Of a DNA stretch of 52,106 nucleotides, positions 43,151 through 52,106 are shown piece by piece. This DNA is from Macrostomum lignano (lineage: Eukaryota), in contig NIVC01004274.1 of assembly GCA_002269645.1 (NCBI GenBank), positions 1-52,106 of the forward strand. The letters are read 5' to 3'. Made by a program: the position numbers and the translations under genes. Positions within the stretch are counted from its first letter, which is position 1. Each line of letters opens with the position of its first letter. Below the pieces are notes generated by a model. That model was not told the origin of the DNA. It searched no databases and saw nothing but the letters and a program-made list of their open reading frames with translations.

Positions 43151-43737
43151 GAAAGAGAACTCAAAAGAGGAGCAGAATTAGAAACGCATTGAGCAACTTA
43201 TGAAGCCTGAATCGCACAGAAATGAAAGAAGCGATGCTCTCACACCTCACATGAGACTTAAAACTGGCAATTTGCTGCGCAACAAAAATTAAGGAGCCAA
43301 TTGTTGATAGACAATTCTCAACACCGTCATTCCGAATACAGGCACCCGTCAACTTTAAATTTATTATAAATCTAATTCAATACAAACAAGTTAGCACTGT
43401 TTTGTTATAATAGAAAATTATTGATCAATTTTTACATGTACAACAAAAATAAATAAAATCCATGCAATATTTATTAATCAAAAGAATCAATATATTTAAT
43501 TAGCAAATATGACCTAACACACTTCAGTATTGTTAGTAAAGTTATTTACACTAAATATCGCTTGGAACAAATATACTGATAAAATTTAATAATCCCACTA
43601 ACCCTATGAAAACTACCCCAGGTTCTTTACGCAGGAAGGTTCTGAGTGAACACCCTGGCGCACCACAACCAGCGCTAAGGCGCTAAGATGAACCTTCAAA
43701 ATAATACGCGAAAATCGTGTTTCCTTCTTGAAAATCG

Positions 43738-44335
43738 ATATCTAATCTATCAGATCCTATATCTAATCTATCAGATCCTATATCTTATCTGTCAGATCTA
43801 TATCTAATCTATCAGATCCTATATCTAATCTATCAGATCCTATATTTAATCTCTCAGATCCTATATCTAATCTATCAGATCCTATATCTAATCTATCAGA
43901 TCCTATATCTAATGTATCAGATCCTATATCTAATCTATCAGATCCTATATCTAATCTATCAGATCTATATCCAAACTATCAGATCTATATCTAATCTATC
44001 AGATCTATATCTAATCTATCAGGTCTATATCTAACCTATCAGATCTATATCCAAGCTATCAGATCCTATATCTTATCTATCAGATCCGATATCTAATCTA
44101 TCAGATCCGATATTTAATCTCTCAGATCCTATATCTAATCTATCAGATCCTATATCTAATCTATCAGATCCTATATCTAATCTATCAGATCTATATCCAA
44201 ACTATCAGATCTATATCTAATCTATCAGGTCTATATCTAATCTATCAGGTCTATATCTAATCTATCAGGTCTATATCTTATCTATCAGATCCGATATCTA
44301 ATCTATCAGATCCGATATCTAATCTATCAGATCTA
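43738..44335. repeat. 20-21-bp minisatellite (ATCTAATCTATCAGATCCTAT), array 1
   Basis: Related to the array at 45975-46610. Confidence 0.93.
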
Positions 44336-44449
44336 TTTTCAAACGAATCACGGATGCTTTTATCGCTAAGATGCTCTCTTGAAACGACAGGGCGAAGATC
44401 GTGCTTGTCATTTATGTCAACAACAGTGATAATAATTTAATCTCTTTGT

Positions 44450-47237
44450 CTAGTCCTTGGCTGGAGACTGCGGCGGCCGCCTGCCTCCAACAGAAGTTGC
44501 TACAGAAGCCGAGCTAACATTCGACTTCTGACTTTCGCCTCTAGTCAGCGAAGCTGTCTGTCGTTTAACCGTAACTGTCGGTCCCGAGTTCGAATCTATA
44601 CGACGAATGGAACCGCTGCCACCGGCAGTGTCACGTTTGATAGCCCTGCGCACCGACAGTTTCGGCACGTAGTCCGCTTCTTCATCAGCCACGGGAGAGG
44701 CAGCAGTTCCCTCTGCCGCTGCTGCTGGCGCTACTACTGACTGGGCAGTAGTATCAGTAGCTACAGTTTTTGAAGGCCCAGCCAAGTCCAAGGCTTCCGC
44801 GGCGTCGGGCCTCGGCGATTTCGGCGGCTTTGGAGACGCGGGCGCCACGGCGTCTTCGTCAGAGGCGCTGCGTCGTTGCATTTTCTTATTACTGATGGAA
44901 CTTGAAGACGAGGACGCTTTCTGTTGCTGCTTCTGCTGTTGCTTTTGCTGCTGCTTGGAAGATTTGGCTTTGGCCCAACGAGCCGACTTGCCAGCCTTCT
45001 GACTGGCTGAGTCATCAGCCGCCGAGGAGGAATTCCTGCGAATGCTGGCCGCGAACGGATTCGTGCGATCGAAGCCGCGGGCCAGTGACGGCTGGAGGTG
45101 TACATTGGATAGGGTGTACATTCGATTGGGTGTATTTTCGATAGGGTGTACATTGAATAGGGTGTACATTGGATAGGGTGTACTTTGGATAGGGTGTACT
45201 TTGGATAGGGTGTACATTGAATAGGGTTTACATTGGATAGGGTGTACATTCGATTGGGTGTACATTAGATAGGGTGTACTTTGGATAGGGTGTACATTGA
45301 ATAGGGTTTACATTGGATAGGGTGTACATTCGATTGGGTGTACATTGGATAGGGTGTACTTTGGATAGGGTGTACATTGAATAGGGTTTACATTGGATAG
45401 GGTGTACATTCGATAGGGTGTACATTGGATATAGGGTGCACATTGGATGTGCGTACCTTGGATGGGATGTACATTATATAGGGTGTACATTTGGTGGGAT
45501 GTATATTGGACAGGTTGTACATTGGATAGAGTAAACATTGGATTATGGTGTTCGTGGGTAGACTGTAGAGTACATTGATAGATATAGGAGTGTACACTGG
45601 GAAGAGGTGTGAATTGGGTACACACAATGTACACTACACGAGTACATTACCTGCACAGGTATGATAACATCCAGCAAACGATTATTAGAGGCGTTATCAG
45701 CCTCAGGCAGCAAGAACAGCTCGTCGCAGTTGTCTATCAGACAGGCCACCATATTGGCCTGATGCTGGGACCTTTTAGCAGCTTCAACAATTCCGGAGGT
45801 GCTCGAGCCGATGGCTGGGTGCTGACAGAGATTTGGGGCCCACACGATAGCCAGGTTGTGCGAGGTCATCAGGGTGGCATTGCTGTGACTGGCTATGCGA
45901 TGCAAGTGGCTGAACAGGTATTTGGCCACTCTGAAATGAGGAATTCGATTGGCTATTTGTTATCAACATCCGATCTATTGAACTATAAACAATCTATCAG
46001 ATCTTTATCTAATCTATAACCAATCAATCAGATCTTTATCTAATCTATAACCAATCAATCAGATCTTTATCTAATCTATCAGATCTACATCTAATCTATC
46101 AGATCTACATATAATCTATCAGATCTATATCTAATCTATCAGACCTATAACTAATCTATCAAATCTATAACCAATCTATAAGATCTTATATCTAATTTAT
46201 TAGATCTATAACTAATCTATTGGATTTATAACTAATCTATCAGATTTTATATCTAATATTTTAGATCTATAACTAATCTATTAGATCTATAACTAATCTA
46301 TTGGATTTATAACTAATCTATCAGATCTTATATCTAATATTTTAGATCTATAACTAATCTATTAGATCTATAACTAATCTATTAGATCTATAACTAATCT
46401 ATCAGATCTATAACTAATCTATCAGATCTTATATCTAATCTATTAGATCTTTAACTAATCTATCAAATCTATAACTAATATATCAGATCTTTATCTAATC
46501 TATCAGATCCATATCTAACCTATCAGGTGTACATATAATCTAACATATCTTATATCTAATATATTAGATATATAAATAATCTATCAGATCTATATCTAAT
46601 CTATCAGATCTTGGTTGGTCTAACAGAGTTATATTTAATAACCTTATTAGAACTACGCTCACCTGAGATGCACAGGCGACATCTGAGCAACGCAATCTCT
46701 CAGCTGACCAATTTCCGGTGGACAATCAGAGAACTGCTCAGCCAACAGTGGAACTGGCAACTCGCGAAAATACAACTTCAACAAGTTAGTATAGTTGTGA
46801 ATAGCCATTCTATACGGACACATTGGCACAGGGTTGCTATCGGCTTCATCAGTTTTAGATTCCTCTTCTGATGCATCGCTTGGGTTTTTTCTGACTGCCT
46901 GCGGCGACTCTCCATTGGAGGTGGCCGTTGACTCCGGCTCTACCGCCGAGTCGGTCGAGTCAAGCGCTGTCCGGGCTTCTGGCCGCGAATGCGGATGCCC
47001 CACCACAGCGGCAGCTGCCGCCGCCGATGCGGCCATGACGCAGGTGCACCTGTCTTCTGGGTAGTTCTCGTATTTGAATACCTGAGAAAGGAAGGAGCGG
47101 CAGAGGTGGAGACAGCGGAAGCCAAATACACGGACAGACAGACAGGCAGACAGACAGACAAACAGACAGACGGACAGACAGACACATACAGACAGGCAGA
47201 CAGACAATAAGACACAGACAGACAGACAGACAGACAC

Positions 47238-47300
<63 letters not shown>

Positions 47301-47301
47301 C

Positions 47302-47344
<43 letters not shown>

Positions 47345-50300
47345 CACAGACAGACAGCTCACCTGCATCAGCCGCTGCACCTCAGTGCCATTGCCAGACT
47401 TCCTATACAGCCCTTCGTGATAGGCCCGTGCGACTCAATCAGACTGACGCAGTAGATGAGCACAGACGGATAATCCAGGTTGTTCTCCCCCAGGTAGCTG
47501 GCCAAATCCAAGCCGAACTGGCCGGCTCTTAGGATCCCGGTGCGAATCAGCTGATTCTGGTCTGGGCGGGAGCGAAAGAAAGCTCTGAGGCTGTCTAACA
47601 GGCGCGGGTATTTGCTACGGATATTTCGACCTGTGGCTGAAGAATTCGTTTGCTGTTGCTGCTCCTGTTGCTGATGCGATGTTGAAGATTCCAACTTCTC
47701 TTGCTGCTCCTAAAAGTAAATGGGGAGAAATGGGAGATAAACAATGGGGAGAAATGGGAGATAAACAATGGGGACAAATGGGAGACAAACAATGGGGAGA
47801 AATGGGAGAGTAACAATGGGGAGAAATGGGAGATAAACAATGGGGAGAAATGGGAGATAAACAATGGGGACAAATGGGACACAAACAATGGGGAGAAATG
47901 GGAGACTAACAATGGGGAGAAATGGGAGATAAACAATGGGGAGAAATGGGAGACAAACAATGGGGAGAAATGGGAGATAAACAATGGGGAGAAATGGGCG
48001 ACAAACAATGGGGAGAAATGGGAGATAAACAATGGGGAGAAATGGGAGATAAACAATGGGAGAAATGGGCGACAAACAATGGGGAGAAATGGGAGATAAA
48101 CAATGGGGAAATTGGAGATAAACAATGGGGAGAAATGGGAGACTAACAATAGGGAGAAATTGGAGACTAACAATGGGGAGAAATGGGAGATAAACAATGG
48201 GGAGAAATGGGAGACAAACAATGGGGAGAAATGGGAGATAAACAATGGGAGAAATGGGAGATAAACAATGGGGAGAAATGGGCGACAAACAATGGGGAGA
48301 AATGGGAGATAAACAATGGGGAAATGGGAGATAAACAATGGGGAGAAATGGGAGACAAACAATGGGGAGAAATGGGAGATAAACAATGGGGAGAAATGGG
48401 CGACAAACAATGGGGAGAAATGGGAGATAAACAATGGGGAGAAATGGGAGATAAACAATGGGGAGAAATGGGCGACAAACAATGGGGAGAAATGGGAGAT
48501 AAACAATGGGGAGAAATGGGAGATAAAAAATGGGGAGAAATGGGCGACAAACAATGGGGAGAAATGGGAGATAAACAATGGGGAAATGGGAGATAAACAA
48601 TGGGGAGAAATGGGAGACAAACAATGGGGAGAAATGGGAGATAAACAATGGGAGAAATGGGCGACAAACAATGGGGAGAAATGGGAGATAAACAATGGGG
48701 AGAAATGGGAGATAAACAATGGGAGAAATGGGCGACAAACAATGGGGAGAAATGGGAGATAAACAATGGGGAAATGGGAGATAAACAATGGGGAGAAATG
48801 GGAGACTAACAATAGGGAGAAATTGGAGACTAACAATGGGGAGAAATGGGAGATAAACAATGGGGAGAAATGGGAGACAAACAATGGGGAGAAATGGGAG
48901 ATAAACAATGGGGAGAAATGGGCGACAAACAATGGGGAGAAATGGGAGATAAACAATGGGGAGAAATGGGAGATAAACAATGGGGAGAAATGGGCGACAA
49001 ACAATGGGAGAAATGGGAGATAAACAATGGAAATGGGAGATAAACAATGGGGAGAAATGGGAGACAAACAATGGGGAGAAATGGGAGATAAACAATGGGG
49101 AGAAATGGGCGACAAATAATGGGGAGAAATGGGAGATAAACACTGGGGAGAAATGGGAGATAAACAATGGGGAGAAATGGGCGACAAACAATGGGAGAAA
49201 TGGGAGATAAACAATGGGGAAATGGGAGATAAACAATGGGGAGAAATGGGAGATAAACAATGGGAGAAATGGGAGATAAACAATGGGGAGAAATGGGCGA
49301 CAAACAATGGGGAGAAATGGGAGATAAACAATGGGAAATGGGGAAATGAGAAATGGGAGAAATGGGAGACTAACAATAGGGAGAAATTGGAGACTAACAA
49401 TGGGGAGAAACAGGGAGCCTCACCTTTCTCCCCTCTTCTTCAACGGACTGCTCCTGTCGCATCTCCATCTGCTGGTCGTGCTGAGTCTGTTTGGACCAGC
49501 TCGCCGGAGTCTCCCCGGGTCCAACAATGCGCACGCAGTTAGACGGGAAGAATCCGATCCTTCGCTCCCGCCGCTTCAACGAGGATCTAGTGCCGCCGCC
49601 TCCGTCAGCTTTCGAGGCTGCCAGGCTGCAAGCGTCAGCGAGCTGGTCGCTGCTGCAGGAGGAATTTCCGGTCTCGAACTCCTCTCTAGGCACGATTTTG
49701 CCTTCCCACCAGGTAGGCGAGTCCACATTAACGCTGACGTAAGTAACAGCCAAGTAGTCGCCCCGATTCAATGCCAGTTCGTCTTCGCAAGCCGGTTGGA
49801 AATCTCGGACAGCCACAGCCAGTTCGATGCCCTGCGGATTAAAATTAATTAGTAGAGCTTTAATTATTATATTTATATGTGTACAGAGGACAGCTAGGAC
49901 ACTAGGCAGCGATGGCTTAAAATAACATACGATACTATTCGAGCCTTTTGTCACGCGCGAATGATAATTATTAGTTACTAACTTTGTCAAACATCCGCTG
50001 CTGTTGATGGGGCTATCGCTATGGAAAGGGGCTTAACGTTTTGACAGCTGTTAACGATTTTCTGTAGTTGCAGGCCCCAGAAACTGAATGCTCGAGGTTA
50101 TGCTAGGTTAGGGGTTTGATTCTGTGCGTAGGTTCTGGGTTCGATTCTGTCTGTAGGTTCGGGGTTCGATTCTGTCTGTAGGTTCGGCGTTCGATTCTGT
50201 GTGTAGGTTCGGGGTTTGATTCTGTTTGTAGGTTCGGGTTCGATTCTGTGTGTAGGTTCGGGGTTCGATTCTGTATGTAGGTTGGGGTTCGATTCTGTGC

Positions 50301-51436
50301 GTAGGTTCGGGGTTTGATTCTGTTTGTAGGTTCGGGGTTCGATTCTGTATGTAGGTTCGGGTTCGATTCTGTGTGTAGGTTCGGGGTTCGATTCTGTATG
50401 TAGGTTCGGGTTCGATTCTGTATGTAGGTTCGGGTTCGATTCTGTATGTAGGTTCGGGGTTCGATTCTGTATGTAAGGTTCGGGGTTCGATTCTGTATGT
50501 AGGTTCGGGGTTCGATTCTGTATGTAGGTTCGGGGTTCGATTCTGTATGTAGGTTCGGGGTTTGATTCTGTATGTAGGTTCGGGGTTTGATTCTGTATGT
50601 AGGTTCGGGTTCGATTCTGTATGTAGGTTCGGGGTTCGATTCTGTATGTAGTTCGGGGTTCGATTCTGTGTGAAGGTTCGGGTTCGATTCTGTGTGAAGG
50701 TTCGGGGTTCGATTCTGTGTGAAGGTTCGGGGTTCGATTCTGTGTGTAGGTTCGGGGTTTGATTCTGTTTGTAGGTTCGGGGTTCGATTCTGTATGTAGG
50801 TTCGGGTTCGATTCTGTATGTAGGTTCGGGGTTCGATTCTGTGCGTAGGTTCGGGGTTCGATTCTGTGCGTAGGTTCGGGGTTCGATTCTGTATGTAGGT
50901 TTGGGGTTCGACTCTGTGTGAAGGTTCGGGGTTCCATTTTCACTCTCACCTGAGTATTGTAGCGTGCCGCCAGCGACTGTCGCTCGCCTTTGCAGTCAAG
51001 ATCGAGAATGTCCAGCACCAGAGGGCAAACCAGCTTGGAGCAGAACTCAGGTTGACCGCTCAGTCCGCTGAAGCAGCGAAAGTAATACTGCAATATGATT
51101 TCCATCTGCTTCTTAGTTGTCAGGTTGCTAGGCGAGAAGCTTCGATAAGATTGGCGAAAGTCTGCCTCAAGTCGAACAGGTTATTGTACTTGGCGCAGCG
51201 CTGCAGACAGCATTTGTGCAGCCATTCGTCGAATTCGATGAGCTGATGCAGGTGCGGACAATGTGCCACGGCTCCGCATTGCCGCTCTGCACAGTCATAG
51301 CTACACGGACCTCCTTCAGCATGGTGGTCAGGGAGGCCATCTCGTGCGCGTCTAGCTGACTGTCGCGAATCTTGTTAGATGCCGCACTGGAGAGCTCGTC
51401 TGCTCCGCTGCCTTCCGCTACGAGATCGGCGATTTC
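44450..51436 (-). CDS. ARHGAP32/33-like: Rho GTPase-activating protein, ARHGAP32/33 (RICS/TCGAP/CdGAPr) family: PX-like + SH3 + RhoGAP; 5'-partial; three apparent 1-nt frameshifts; exons 51436-50950, 49831-49424, 47709-47363, 47081-46663, 45930-45651, 45091-44450
   Basis: PX-like WHIVRT..EFDEWLHKC; SH3 AVRDFQPACEDELALNRGD..WWEGK..IGFFPSNCVRIV; FFRSRP..LIRTGIL..FGLDL; arginine finger GLYRKSG; LKLYFRELPVPLL; MTSHNLAIVWAPNL. All introns are GT-AG with matching phases once three missing bases are restored (487+2 and 347+1 nt exons become multiples of 3). Confidence 0.9.
45098..45545. repeat. 16-bp minisatellite (TACATTGGATAGGGTG)
   Basis: Fills the last RhoGAP intron. Confidence 0.93.
45975..46610. 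repeat. 20-21-bp minisatellite (AACTAATCTATCAGATCTAT), array 2
   Basis: Fills a RhoGAP intron. Confidence 0.93.
47130..47357. repeat. (CAGA)n microsatellite
   Basis: Fills a 281-bp RhoGAP intron. Confidence 0.96.
47720..49410. repeat. 24-bp minisatellite (GGGGAGAAATGGGAGATAAACAAT)
   Basis: Fills a 1.7-kb RhoGAP intron; source of the 500-600 aa spurious ORFs. Confidence 0.97.
50115..50935. repeat. 24-25-bp minisatellite (GTAGGTTCGGGGTTCGATTCTGTAT)
   Basis: Direct reading, RhoGAP intron. Confidence 0.96.
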
Positions 51437-51454
51437 CTGGATAGATCGATAGGG

Positions 51455-51975
<521 letters not shown>

Positions 51976-52106
51976 GAGATAGATGATAGATCAAAGAAAA
52001 GATCCACACATCGTTATGTCTGTCTGTCTTTACCTTTGAAATCCAATCTCATAGATCTATTCTCTAGTCATGACCTACTCTCACAGATCTCAAGCACAAC
52101 AAATCA

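Noticed and set aside
47595-49542. 516-601 aa ORFs (ISHFSPLF / NNGEKWEI repeats)
   Set aside because: Translation of the 24-bp array filling a RhoGAP intron bounded by canonical splice sites.
52034-52106. Minus-strand donor (AAAG|gtaaag) as the upstream RhoGAP exon
   Set aside because: The phase-0 frame needed to join exon 51436 contains TAG and TGA; the true 5' exon could not be defined.

Overview
Eukaryotic (metazoan) genomic DNA with GC-rich exons and AT-rich, tandem-repeat-filled introns. The style is flatworm/Macrostomum-like, which is inference only. I reconstructed five spliced protein-coding genes by hand from GT-AG sites and reading phase: (1) caveolin (+), with a second caveolin-type first exon 2.3 kb upstream; (2) a 5-exon PP2C-like phosphatase of the CG9801 type (+, 8071-18741); (3) a 4-exon rhodopsin-type peptide GPCR (+, 23374-40440); (4) an antisense WH1/EVH1-like (MESR3-like) gene nested in the 13-kb first intron of that GPCR; (5) a convergent PX-like/SH3/RhoGAP gene of the ARHGAP32/33 family (-), 5'-incomplete and carrying three single-base frameshifts. 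Almost every large intron is occupied by its own micro- or minisatellite (mostly 12-31 bp units), which explains most long ORFs in the supplied track. A ~1 kb LTR-like, MEF2/CRE-rich segment sits inside a (GATT)n tract in a PP2C intron. No rRNA, tRNA or CRISPR array is supported.
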